A stretch of DNA of 61,634 nucleotides, the filler included, from Catajapyx aquilonaris (lineage: Eukaryota), in the NCBI GenBank assembly GCA_000934665.2. It is 4 parts of 4 records of this genome, joined end to end, with 100 filler letters (N's around TTAATTAATTAA, not from the genome) between each part and the next. Parts side by side here need not be neighbours in the genome. Positions count along the whole stretch, not along the records: positions 15,416 to 30,722 come from JYFJ02007534.1; positions 30,823 to 46,246 come from JYFJ02007535.1; 2 more parts are not named here. The stretch is one strand, 5' to 3'. Shown one piece after another: positions 23,788 to 36,400 of the stretch. The notes under the pieces were generated by a model, which saw only the letters and a list, made by a program, of their open reading frames with translations, did not search any database and was not told where the DNA came from. The translations under genes and the position numbers were made by a program. Numbering within the stretch: position 1 is the first letter of the stretch; every line of letters begins with the position of its first letter.

Positions 23788-24724
23788 TTTGCCAGTGAAG
23801 CACCTGATGCCTTCATGCACGTCACGCTCTAGGATTGTACACCAAACAACTTGCAGGTTGTTGGAAGTCGATGGTGATTTCAATGTTGGGACTGCGTGCA
23901 GGTGTCAGGCCATCCTGGCATTGCCCATTGAAGTAGTACATTCCACCTGGTTTTTTTTTTTAAATTCCTAATTTTCTTTCAAAGTGTATGTGTTATGTTA
24001 TGGTGTAATAATCGATGTGAATGTGATTTCTCAATTGCAGATGCCACATTGCTGGCTAGTCCAAAGCTGCATTTTGTTACGGTAAAATGGGGATGCTGTT
24101 ATGTTTATTCACACCTACAGTACCGTACCAAGTGAGAAAGGCCATTATGTTATGTCAGTATTTATATTCAGCCATTTATAAAGGAACAAAGTTTCAGTAC
24201 TGTTTCACATAGCAAAAGTCTTCTTATGCATGGTGATGAGATGCAGAATAAGGCCATTGGAGTGATTAATTGAAGTGATACCGATTATTATGACTTCCTC
24301 TTGAATAATTGGGAGTGCTGGGTCATGACATGAAATGTAAGTGATTGGTGTTGCCAAGGTTAATTTGCAGCATGGTGTGATCCTTTCTCGCTCTTTTTGC
24401 GTTAATGCCGTGGTGTATGATTGCAGAATATTAAAGCTGTGGAACTGATCAGATTGTATTTGTTATTGCATTACGGGCAAGTGGGTAGTTGGGCATATTT
24501 CTAGTGCAGTGAATGGAAACCCACTGCCATTATAGTGATGTTCTTCAGAATCTGGCATTGAATTGTCAAGGGCTGGTTAAATAACACTTTCTCCTTTGCT
24601 GTTGAAGTTGGCAGTTAAATGCATCGTGGTGATGCCATGTGCGTGCAGTTATAGGTCAGAATCAAAAACATTGCAACTATTTTTTTGCTCTTCTGATGGC
24701 TAACACAAAGCTGAACGCTTCCAG

Positions 24725-26017
24725 CCCGTGCGTCCCAAGCGGAAGACTAGGGTGCGGAAGAAGGATGTCCAGGGGCCCCCTCCAGCTGCAGTGGCCGAGC
24801 AGGGGCAGCAAGGGGACGCGGCCGCAGCAGTGCCTCCTGAGCCTCCCCCCGCAGGCTTTGTGGACCTCCCGCCTGAGATTAAGCAGTACATATTCTCCCT
24901 CCTGACTGTGCAGGAGCTCCTTCGTGGACCATATTGGGTGTGCTCCGAGTGGCACAGACTGATCAGCCACCCGGCCTGCTGGCTCAAGATTTCCATCCGA
25001 GATTACCACAAGCCCACTTCTCAGGTTCGAGCCATGCTAAGAAAGGCTCCCATGCTGAGAGAGCTGGTGCTGGAGGACCGGTTCGACCTTGAGAAAGTGT
25101 TGGGCAAAGTGGTGTCCAATCACTGCCCCCAACTGAGGTCCCTCACACTTCTCCGCTGTGCTGACATCAGTGAGTCGCTTCTGGAGAAGGTGGCTGCCGG
25201 GTGCAAGCAACTGGCCCACCTGCATGTGGAAGGGCTTCCCCTGCGCCTGCATGGACGCCAATGCAGGCAGGGACCCCTGTCCAAGATGGCCAACCTCCGC
25301 ACATTGACAGTGAAGGACCGCAACTTGCCATCAGACGGAGAGAGCTTCGTTCGGATGGCCCGAAATTGTCCGCTTCTGACTGAGATTGAGCTGTCAGGCT
25401 TGAACCCAGCGACTGAAGACCAAATCGTGGCCGGCTTGGAGGCCTTGAGTGGACGAATAGTCAAGTTGTGCCTGCCTGGAAGGTTGTTTACAAACCGGAC
25501 CTTCATTGCCCTGCGTCGGTGCACGAAACTCCGTGCACTCCACGTGAGGGGTTCCCCCGCTGTGACTGACGTTGGGGTCTGCGAGGGATTAAAGTGGTTG
25601 AAGGGAATCACAGATCTGAAGCTCTGGTGTATTCTTCTACTGACATCCGAGTCATTCTGCCCCCTTTTCGTGGGCATTGGTGCCTCCTTGGAACACCTTG
25701 ACCTGTCGCATAGCCCTGGTGTAGATCAGGATGTCCTGTTTGCCATTGGGGCCAACTGCCCCAATCTTGTCTACCTGGGTCTGGAGTCCTGCACAGGACT
25801 GACTGACTTGGGCCTGAAGCGTGTCTTTGCCAGGTGCCCTCTGATAACCAAGCTGAACCTCAGCGGAAAGACATCTCTGAACGGAACGTGCCTGGATGTT
25901 ATACCGAGGTACCTGCACGAGCTGCAGCAGATAGTGGTAAGGGGAGCTCCACGCGTCATGTATGAGCATCTCCCTGTGTTGGCTTTTGCCATGCCCGATT
26001 TGGTTATCAGGGTTTAA
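24725..26017 (+). CDS. F-box/LRR protein coding exon (first exon not identified)
   Basis: FVDLPPEIKQYIFSLL...VCSEWHRL; LRR-CC repeats; acceptor TTCCAG at 24719-24724 with an in-frame stop at 24701. Confidence 0.85.
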   Translation, partial: PVRPKRKTRVRKKDVQGPPPAAVAEQGQQGDAAAAVPPEPPPAGFVDLPPEIKQYIFSLLTVQELLRGPYWVCSEWHRLISHPACWLKISIRDYHKPTSQVRAMLRKAPMLRELVLEDRFDLEKVLGKVVSNHCPQLRSLTLLRCADISESLLEKVAAGCKQLAHLHVEGLPLRLHGRQCRQGPLSKMANLRTLTVKDRNLPSDGESFVRMARNCPLLTEIELSGLNPATEDQIVAGLEALSGRIVKLCLPGRLFTNRTFIALRRCTKLRALHVRGSPAVTDVGVCEGLKWLKGITDLKLWCILLLTSESFCPLFVGIGASLEHLDLSHSPGVDQDVLFAIGANCPNLVYLGLESCTGLTDLGLKRVFARCPLITKLNLSGKTSLNGTCLDVIPRYLHELQQIVVRGAPRVMYEHLPVLAFAMPDLVIRV

Positions 26018-27087
26018 CAGTTATTCCTAATAAGATCATTCCAGTTTTCTAAGCCAACATAACTGGCATTACTGTCTAATGCTCCATTTTTCACTGCCAG
26101 TGGATGTATGCTAGTAAGTCGTAGTAGTTTTCTCTTACGTACAACTGTGTAGGCTCATAGTTATAAAATACGGACTAAAAAAGATGTCGTGCACACTGGG
26201 AAACTAATTGAATCCTCAGGAAACATGTACTTATGCAATCCCCATCCTTGGGTCTTTTTGTTAATGAAATGTGTCTGTTTAGTGTATTTGCAATATTGCA
26301 TGGGAATTGCTCCTTATTTTGCGACAAGTTGTGACTGAAATTGTGGTGGAAAAAGTGAGTTTAGAAAATCAATCGGTCCTAAAGCAACGAACGTGTAATT
26401 TCCAGCTGGGTATTATGTTTCCTTGACGCTGCCTGCATAGAATGGCAGTGCCCGAAATATTAGATGAGGTTTCTAATGCACTGCCTCATGCAGTATTTCC
26501 CACTCGCAGTGGGCCTTTTTTTTTTTCTTATTTTGTCAAAAATGTGCCTCTTTCCGCACATGTTTACTTATCCTTCCTTGCCTATCAATGTTTACTGAGG
26601 GTGCCATCCCAGCAGGTCTTTGTGGCTGCAACATGGCTATTGTTGTGAGTTACCATTATTGTTTTTGGGGAACTGGGTGTGGGGTTAGTTAGCAATAAAT
26701 TGTATGCAAGCGTTTGTGCAGTTTAAAAATATTGGGGAGTCAGACACTTGGGCTGATTTGGCTGCTGTGTTCCTTTCATGAGCTACATGACGTGCACATT
26801 CCACCGTGAGCTTTTCATCTCGGTGATCATGGCTGCAACTTTGTGGATGCGCATTGGTCGTGATGTAATATTTCGTAATGCAACACACAATCATGTGGTA
26901 TGTAGTGCAGTTTTGTGTATTATTCGGTATTTATTGTGAAGTGCATATTGTTTGACCAATCAACCAGGCTGTAATACTTGCACATGTAGTCATGGAATAC
27001 TGCATTGGAGGGTGGTCACGAACGCACAATAATAAATTGCAGTTTTGTGGAAGTAATGCAACACATTTTCTATTCTAACAACAGGGT

Positions 27088-30000
27088 TCAAGTTTTCTTC
27101 TTTCTGGTCCTGCAGACGTCTCCCTCGCAGATGACTGAGAATTCCTTGAGCTCGTCCTGGATGCTCCTGAGGGACTCCCTGAGGCTCTTGATTTCCCTGT
27201 GGCACTCCTCTGTGTCCCCTGCCTGCTTCCTCTTCTTCACCTTCTTCTGGAACTTGTCCGCCATCGACCTGAGAGACTCCACTATCTCCTTGGGCAGCTT
27301 CCAGGACGTGAACTTGACCCTCCCGTCCCGCAGGTCAACCACCACCTGACCCTTTGGGATCTTAGGGAACAGGAGGACCTTCCTCTGCATCCTCTCCCAC
27401 ATCCTGTGCCACAACAGCCTGCCAAAAAAATGGTTGTCAATGTACTGTATAATGTTTAGTAGACAGGACGTACCTCCAGCGGTCTCCCCTGAAGGGCCAT
27501 TTGCTGTCGAGGGTTCCGAACTGCCAGAAGAAGAAGGACTCGACGTAGCAGACTAGCCTGGCCCTGGAGAGCAGACCGTAGAGCTCGGCCTGGTCCCAGA
27601 TGGCCTGGGTGTCGCTGACTGCCAGCGCGTTCAGGAGGTTCATCAGTACCACCACCACCAGGAAGAGGAAGAGGACGTACAGGAGGTACGTGACAGGCTG
27701 TGGAGCACCGGAGAAGGGGATCCCTTGCAGCTCCTGCTCTCCGACCATCATCACCAGCATCTTCACCGCGAGGGTTCCAGGGGACTGGAAGAACTTGTTG
27801 CACTCGTTGTACGAGTGACCGACGAGGCTTTTGTTGCTGCTGGTGTTAGGAGTCTCACCTTGGCACGTGTGGAAGGCGATGAAGAAGCAGAAGGCGAACC
27901 CGAAGATGAGCGCGGAGAAGACCCCGAGGAACACCAGGTAGTTCTTGACCACGGTGGAGAACATCTCCACGTACCTGGACAGCCGAGGGAACCGTCCGAT
28001 GATCAGAACCACCTGGAGCCAACCCAGCAGAAGCCCGAATATCTCCAGCTGCACCCTGTCCGTCGGAGGAAGCTCGACGAACAGGGCGCTGACTGCGCAG
28101 GCCAGAACCGCAATCTCGATCAGCGTCTCGAAAGTCAGGAAGTACTTGGACTTGGACCGGCTGAAGTATCCGAACAGCTGGAGCAGCTCTCGAGGGAGGA
28201 ACATGAGCAGGAAGACGATGGCCAGAATTCGGCTGATGTACTCGTGGGTGGTGGGGTCCGACACGTCCCTCTGCCGTCCGGTGGTCAGTCCGACGTTGAC
28301 TGTCCAGCAGGAGATGAACATGGTGTACGACGCAAGGTACCAGAAGAAGACTGTGGATAAGCACTGCCACTTGAGGTACAGGAAGCTGGAGAACATTGGG
28401 TGCTTCAGAAGCTTCCGATGCTTCTTGTTCAGGTGGAAGTGCTCCAGTCTGTCCAGCTCGGACTGTCCTATGGGAGGTCGCAGCAGGTCGTACTTGATGG
28501 TCATGCAATGCTGCGGAGTGCAGTAGTACTCGGTCGGGTTTAACTGCATGCCTACCACGCAGTAGTCCAGGTAGGATCGGAGGGTGTCCTCCGGTATGTC
28601 GTGTATGGGCACCGAGCCGTCGCTGTCCTTCATCCATGGGTCGGCTCCCTGGCAGAGCAGCCTGGACACCACCAGCTCGGAGCTCTTGTCGATGGCCACG
28701 TGCAAAGGGGTCAGTCCCTGGCTGTTGGTCTCGTTGATGTAGTAGGGGAACAACTCCTTGGACTCCAGGTAGGTCAGGAAGGACTGGAAGCAGTGGTCGT
28801 AGTCGTGCTTCTTGTTGTTCCGGTTGCCTCGCGTCTGCTGCCTGGTGGACACGCAGAACATGGCTCGAACCGCGTTGTCCTCTCCGCCGGACAGGACGTG
28901 CAGGATGTTGTCTCCGTCCGCTGTGGTGGCGTCCAGCCGGATGCCCTTGTTGGTCTGGAGGATCTCCAGGGCGGATCTGTGCCCCCATGCTGCGGACAGG
29001 AGCAGCGGAGGGACGGGACACTCTGGACACGTCCCGTTCGGATCCGACCCCTTCTTCAGCAGGGTCTTGACGCACTTGTCCATACCGAGGATGCTGGACA
29101 GCTGGAGGAGGGTGTACCCGCCGTCGTCCGCGGTCAGGTCTTCCTGCGATGCGTCTCTGAGGTGATGCAGGAAGATGTCCTCCCGCTGGCAGTACAGCGA
29201 CTTGAACAGCGCCTTTCGACGACGATCCGCATCGTCTCCGTCCAGCTCGAACTGCTTGTCCAGCAAGGGCATCAGTCCGGGATGACGCTCCTTCAGCATC
29301 TGTTCCGCAGTGTAACAAGCGACCTTGACCCTGTGGTCGCCCATGTTCTGTATGAGCAGCCTGACCACCTCCTGCCCGCACTGCTTGGCCAACGCCGTGT
29401 GCAGCGCATTGGCCCCTTCGTCGTTTCTGGCGTTGACCATCACCCGTGGCGTCTCCAGCATCATCTGCAAGGTCTTGGTCCTGCACTCGGTCCAGCTGTC
29501 CGACCCCTTGTTCTTGATGATGCAGTGCAGCGGGGTGCATCCGTCTATCAGGTTGTGCGTGTTCAGCTGGCGGTCGAAGTTGGTCCTGAGCGAGGACAGA
29601 AGCAAGGCCACGTCGTAGTGACCGTTGATTTCGTGCAGAGCGATGTTCCCCCGGTGGTTGGCACGACACTCGTCGGCTCCGGCAGTCAGCAGATGGAACA
29701 CCATCTTCTTGTCCCCCTGCTGAGCTGCCAGATGCAGCGGGGTCTTCCCGTCCCTGTCCTGCTCGTCCACGTCCACCGCGTTGTCGGACAGCTCGTTTCT
29801 TAAGGAGGACAGGTTCCCTTCCCTGACCGCCTTGTGCAGACGCATCGGACACTTGTTGGCGTTCTCGTCCTTGTCGATCAGTTCGTGTGGGAACCTCTTG
29901 GTAGGCATGTCCACAAGCCACCTGGCCATGTCGTGCTTCCCTTCGTCGAAGGCCACGTCGTACGGCCTGCTTCCTCGCGCGTTCCTGGCCGACAGATCAG

Positions 30001-30463
30001 CACCGCACTGCAGAAGCTTCCAGGCGATGTCGGCTCTGTTGTGCTTCGCGGCCAGGTGCAGCGGTGTGTCGGCATTGTTGTCCTTCTGGTCCATCCTGGC
30101 GCCCCAATCCAGCAGCTGGGACAGGACGGGCAGATGTCCGTAGTCTGCGGCTAGGTGGACCAGCGTCTTCCCCTCCTTGTCCGGCATGTCCAGAAGCATG
30201 CCAGCGTCCGACTGGTGGTGCTTGAGCAGCCTGAGGATGTCCAGCTCCCCCCTCTTGGCCGCGTGATGCAGGACAGTGTGTCCGTACCTGTTCTTGGTCC
30301 CCATCAGCTCCGAGCAGGAGGCAGACTTGTCCAGCATGATCTGTAGCGACGACAGCTTCCCGTTCTCGACGGCCTCGTGAAGCGGAGTGTTTCCTGATCG
30401 AGCGTGCTGCTTGCACATCACAGCTTCGTTCTCCACCAGCAGCTCAACTATGCTGTCGTTGCC
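27088..30463 (-). CDS. TRPA channel (painless/water witch-like), 5' end missing; exons 30463-27474, 27418-27088
   Basis: About 14 ankyrin motifs; six TM segments; MMVGE pore; LMNLLNALAVSDTQAI; C-terminal coiled coil; 55-bp intron. Confidence 0.9.
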
Positions 30464-30722
30464 CTGTAAGCCACGACATGATACACGAGTAGGGTTATAC
30501 CAATCTACTAATCAAGAGCTAATAACTGAGAGCCTCCGAGTGCCGTATCCCTGCCGTATTGCTTGGTTCCCGAACCTCTCCGCGGAACTGGCGACTCCCC
30601 AGACGGGCTCGGCCAACTCGCGGTAGCAACATTAACACGTTAAGTATACATGGGAAAAAGGCCGAGTACGTCATCAGCATGTACGAGTCCTGAGGCATCC
30701 CCCCCTCCTTTGAGGAAGGTCC

Positions 30723-30822
30723 NNNNNNNNNNNNNNNNNNNNNNNNNNNNNNNNNNNNNNNNNNNNTTAATTAATTAANNNNNNNNNNNNNNNNNNNNNN
30801 NNNNNNNNNNNNNNNNNNNNNN
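30723..30822. other. Artificial contig spacer
   Basis: 44 N + TTAATTAATTAA + 44 N. Confidence 0.97.
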
Positions 30823-30937
30823 TTGGAGCATACTAATTAAGATTCTTCTTAAACTCGCTCCAAAACACATTCCAAAGGTGGCAACCCACCCCCCCTAAGG
30901 AGTAGTATAACTCCCCCCGTGGGGTAATGAAAAAAAA

Positions 30938-30980
<43 letters not shown>
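30938..30980. repeat. (AAT)n microsatellite
   Basis: Direct reading. Confidence 0.95.
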
Positions 30981-31874
30981 TTTGTGATAATTTTTGAGGT
31001 TCATTTTGAAAATGTGCCCCAAAAAATAGCACACTGCAATTGCCACTACAGTAGTGTTTCCAAGCAGCATTTTGTAATTAGGATGCATTAATTATTTCCT
31101 TTGGTTGGACACAAATCATTTAGCCTGAAGACATGGTTAACAGGTTTGACTTCAAACTTGAAACAGGGCATTGTCATTAGCATTCCCTGTGCATTGCATT
31201 TTGGTCAGCAGCCCAAGGTCATATATCAGTAGAAAAGTGATGCATTAATCATTATGGATTTGTGTCTGGTTACCCCATCATGGGTTACCCTATATGAATT
31301 CTGATGATTTGTCTCCGTCTGTGTAATCATTTTATTTGTACGATATCACATAATTACTTTCATTCCATGTGGTACTAGCACATCTTGGTATTTGTTCATA
31401 TTGTTTCCTCTCATTCCGTGCATAGAAGGACATTGTAATCTATTGGTACATGGTCTTGTCTTGGTAGGATACCAACTACTGTACCAGGAATGGTATGAAT
31501 CCCCCTTTGTGTTAAAATCGTCCACGCTTGGTGGCTCAGTCATCAATTTGGGACGCCAAGACAGCTCCGCCAGTGACCTTGACAACGCCTGATTATTTAC
31601 ACACAAAAAATTACTATAGGAAGATTAGTGAGGACAGGTTCATTCTAGTTCTGTGAAACTGGTTCCCTCCCACCCACTACCCGCACCCATCGTCGCCCAT
31701 CAGCATCCCCCCCTTTATGCGATGGAGTCAATGGGAGGCATTGCCCTGATGTTGTTTGTCATTCCCAGTCATGTCCAGTCACTCCCAGCTTACATACACG
31801 TGCACTCGTGCCTTAGATATAGAAGCCTATACTGTCTGTATAGTCGTGTCATCAGAAGACAAACAAGCCACCAA

Positions 31875-33108
31875 ATGGAGCAGCAGCAAGAAGGCGCATG
31901 TGACAATAAGGTACAGTATTAAACGGTTGGTTTCGTCGGGTGATGATCCATGTTCAGCAGGACTGCATTATTTTGTGTTTCAGAATGGAGGTGCCACTTT
32001 TTGGGACCTTCCCCCAGAGTTACATATCAAGATTTTCTCCCTGTTATCAACCCGCGACCTTCTGATGAGAACCGCCTTGGTGTGCAAAAACTGGCATTGG
32101 CTCACACAAACCCCAATATTTTGGAAGCGCTTGGTCCTGTCTGGTCGAAGGGTACTGGATGAAAGAGCCGTCGCTGTGGTCAGCATCGCTTCCATGCTCA
32201 AAAGACTAGAGTTGGCTCACTGGTGTACCGGCGCGGAGAATATTCTGGAAACTGTTTCCAGGACCTGCATTGGCCTGGAAACATTGCACTTACACGATGC
32301 CACCATACGATATGATGACACCTTGGAGATGGTAGCTCGCAAGTGCACCAAGCTGAAGGAAGTGTCAATGGTCCGATGCGTCGTTCCGCACGATGGAAAG
32401 CACCCGATAGACATGTTTGCGCTTTGCGAAGATTTGCAGAGGTTGACTCTCGAGTACAATTCCAGACCTAATGTGGACTTGACTGTCACCAGAGAGTATC
32501 CTAATCTGAAGGAACTGACTATTCACGATTGGCCTGTTGATGTGGAAATACAGGGGATGTTGTCGGATGTTGGCAGCAGGTTGAAGAAACTGCACCTGTC
32601 AGGGGTGTCTCAGCAGCAAGATCTTCGGTTGCTTTCACTGTGCAAGAACCTGGAGGACTTGAGCCTCACAGACAATGTGCCCATGTCTCTGTGCAGCATT
32701 ACTGACGAGTGTTTGTTAGTTCTCGAGGAAGTGCGCACTCTTCGTTGTCTGGAGATACGCGGAGCTAAGCGGCTAACTCCAAGAGCTCTTGCGGCTTTCT
32801 TCTCCAGGTGTGAGGTGGTGTCCCGCTTGGAATACCTGGACTTGCGCGATACGGAACAGTTCGACGACAATGCCTTGACACAAGTGTCCATGAACTGTCC
32901 ACTCATCAAGAGCCTGATTCTTGAAGGCACAAGCGTCACACCCTGCAACTTGGAGGAGATTGTTTCACGATGTGTCAACCTCAGGATTTTGACTCTCAAC
33001 AATTTTCTCGGCCTTCATTTTACCAAGGCGGACTTGGATCGTTTGTCCAGTATGAAAGCAGGGCTCGTTGTGCGGTATTTTGTTACACGCAGACAGCAAC
33101 GGATATGA
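31875..33108 (+). CDS. F-box/LRR protein; exons 31875-31910 (MEQQQEGACDNK), 31984-33108
   Basis: FWDLPPELHIKIFSLL...VCKNWH; LRRs; phase-0 GT-AG intron before the F-box. Confidence 0.85.
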
Positions 33109-33465
33109 GTGGAAGCAATACGGTATGGTTTAAATTTAATTCTTGGGAAGAATGAGAACAGCTCAAGCCTCCCGCTGATTAGGTTCCACTCGGGCTACCG
33201 TTGATTATCGCATGACGTCACTTTCCGAATGTGAACGGGCCAATGGGATGTCTCGTTGGATCTTTCTTTTAATTTAGAGTAAACAAGTTTATTTTGTAAA
33301 TATTAAATTGTACTTGATTTTTATCAAGAAAACCAGGAGTTATTATGTATGAATTGTGGTTTTATTGGTTACTTTTCTCCGTTGGCAACAGTGCAGGTGG
33401 GTTGCAAAATGGCGGAGTTTGAAAATCGATAAACAGGACGTGTTGGCGACGGAATATTCGGGAAC

Positions 33466-36400
33466 ATGCAGCTGAAACACCTCAAGACTCTCCTGCCTCC
33501 ACTCGTGAGTAATGGTGCACCGCTGCCGATTGGGATCATGCTAGATGATGCGGCTGGTGGAAGAGGGGGAGGGGGAAGAGTTGATGAAATTGACTCAATT
33601 GAATAAGTTCCTAGGTGCCAGTTGCATCAAGTTTTTTTCAGTTTTAGCCTCAATAAAAGTCTGACTGTGGCAATCAACTGCCAGTTTATGACCGACTTAT
33701 CCAAAGGTGCAGGTGATTCTATTCAGGACATGAATTTCAGGATGGAGCAGCAAAGATCACGGCCCTGGCCTGGGCTCCCAATAACATGAAGCTGGCCGTG
33801 TGCACCAGCGACAGGATTGTCATCCTCTTTGATGAGCTTGGGGAGCGGAGGGATAAGTTTGCAACTAAGCCTGCTGATGCAAAGGTAGCTTAATATTGTA
33901 GGAAAATGCAAAATAGTGACAAGTATTGCTCACTTCCAGTTTTGAATTGCATGAAATCTGCACTTAGTACCTGTAATTATATTGTGCTGAGTCTACACCA
34001 GTGTTTTATGACACAATTGTAATTGCAGTTTGGCAAGAAGAGCTACATGGTGCGTGGTCTTGCCTTTTCCCCTGACTCGGCCAAGCTAGCTGTAGCACAA
34101 ACTGACAACATTGTTTTTATCTACAAAATTGGGGAGGACTGGTAAGCATGCAACAGAGCCTAATGATTCTGTGAGTACGTTGCTAAACTCAGCGGTGTAC
34201 TCAGTGGCTGTAATGTGTCACTGCTCAGCTCACCTACGGTATTGGTCAATAATTTTTGCTGCGATTACGCGCTTTTGACATTTTGAATATTTGTAGTTTT
34301 ATGCTTTTATTTCATATTCAATGTTTTTAAACCTCGGGTAACCTGAAACTACAGATAATGAACCTGTGGATAACCATGTCACACTGTATTTAAAGCAGTG
34401 CTCTTAGGGACCATGAGCCAGTTTTTTGTCTTATTTTTCATTACGATTCAGGCAAATAGTAGTCATGAAAAGTATGATGACAAATCAACCCATTGTTTTA
34501 ACCACTCATTAATTAGAATGTTCCAGGAACAATTAGGACTGTGTTTGTCACAAGTCATAATTTTAGGGCTCCTTCCCATCTAGTTACCCCCTTCTTCCAT
34601 GGAGCCCTTCAATTGTGACTCTGGTTCAGCTAAATTCTTGTTGCAGGAGTGACAAGAAGGTGATATGCAACAAGTTTGTTCAGCAGTCAGCAGCAACAGC
34701 TGTGGTGTGGCCATCAGAGGGACCATTGATAATAGGATTGGCTGATGGGAAAGTACGACTTGCACAACTCAAGACCAACAAATCCCAGACTCTCTATGGC
34801 AGTGATTCTCTGGTTGTTGCCCTCACTGTCAAGTAAGGGCCTTTAATTAAGTTATTCCATAACTTTATGACATATACATGTAACTTATTTGTTTCTTGTG
34901 TACAGCACTCGTGGGACTGCCATCTTGTCTGGTCATGCTGACGGGACCATTGTGCGCTTTTTTCTAGCAGAGGATGGCAGTGGACTCCCCCAGGTGAGTG
35001 TGGTGGATTGTCCATGTACAACACCTGTCCTGTAGCAAAAATAATGAACATGAATTTTTTTCACCCAAGGGCAAAGTGTGCACACATCCAGTTCCACCAT
35101 ATGCCTTGGCCTGGCCTTCTTCTGGCATCTTTGTAGCAGGATGTGACCGCAAAGTAGCACTCTATGATGGGTATGGCGCTGTCCAGCAGCTGTTTGACTA
35201 CAGCAATGACTCCACTGAGAAGGAATTCACTGTTGCCACCAGCAATCCCAGTGGACAGGCTGTTGCCCTTGGTAGTTTTGACAGGTTTGTTGCACACAGC
35301 CAACTGAAGAGGACCAACTCAAACTATTTTCTTGTCTAATTTTGCCCATAGGGTTCGAATATTTATGTACTCACCACGTAAGAAGCAGTGGGAAGAGGCA
35401 CCTCCAAAGGATATCAAGTATCTGTATACTATAACAGCTCTGGGGTGGAAGCGGGATGGGTCAAAAATTGCCTGTGGAACTCTTTGTGGGAGTGTTGAGT
35501 TATTGGAATCTGTCCTCAAGTGAGTTTTGTCTTGAATTATGTGGTGAAGATTTCAGTTTAAAATTTCTGCTTGTAGTTGACCCATGTGATAGTACAGTGA
35601 TGTAATAAGCTTCTTGGAATATGTCAACTGCCTGAGAGTAACAAAAAGTGACCTGTTGTTTATTTCTCTAGGAAGACAATCTGGAAGAACAAGTTTGAAC
35701 TGACATATGTGGGATCTAGTCAAGTTCTGGTGAAGCCCCTGAGCTCTGGAGTGCGAGGGGTAATCTTGAAGTCACGATATGGTTGGGAGATAGAAGATGT
35801 TCGCATCATGGGCAAGGACCGGTACTTGGTGTCCCGCACCACTGAAACCATGCTACTCGGGGACCTCCAACAAAATTTGCTCAGTGAGGTGCCATGGGGT
35901 CATGCAGTGGGAAATGAGAAATTTTATTTTGACAACCCGAATGTCTGCATGATATTCAATGCAGGAGAACTCAGCCTCGTGGAGTATGGGAAGAATGAGA
36001 TTCTTGGTTCTGTTAGGTATGATCTCAGACTTGGAGGGAATGAGGCAGCAATTACATGGTATTGACTTGATTCATGATTAGCGATTGTTGCTTTCTAGGA
36101 CGGAATTTATGAATCCTCACCTGATCAGTGTCCGGATAAATGAGCGAAAGCAACAAGGGGTGGAGGACAACAAGAAACTGGCCTACCTGCTTGACCTTAA
36201 GACTATTTGCATAAGTGAGTATTACTTACAGTATACAGGGTGTCCATAATGAACCTCCCTATAGTTTCAAAGAGTGGTAAAAAATAGAAATGCAGAGGTA
36301 TTTAGGGTTTTGGTTGTTTAAACAATCTGGAGACTCGACAAGTTTTACCCTAAATATTTTTGGAATGGCCTATGTCATGTGGTGGATGCTGTCGGAAAAT

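Noticed and set aside
27855..29921. 688-aa and 400-aa ORFs overlapping the TRPA gene
   Set aside because: Shadow ORFs caused by high GC3; low-complexity R/G/A/P translations with no domains.
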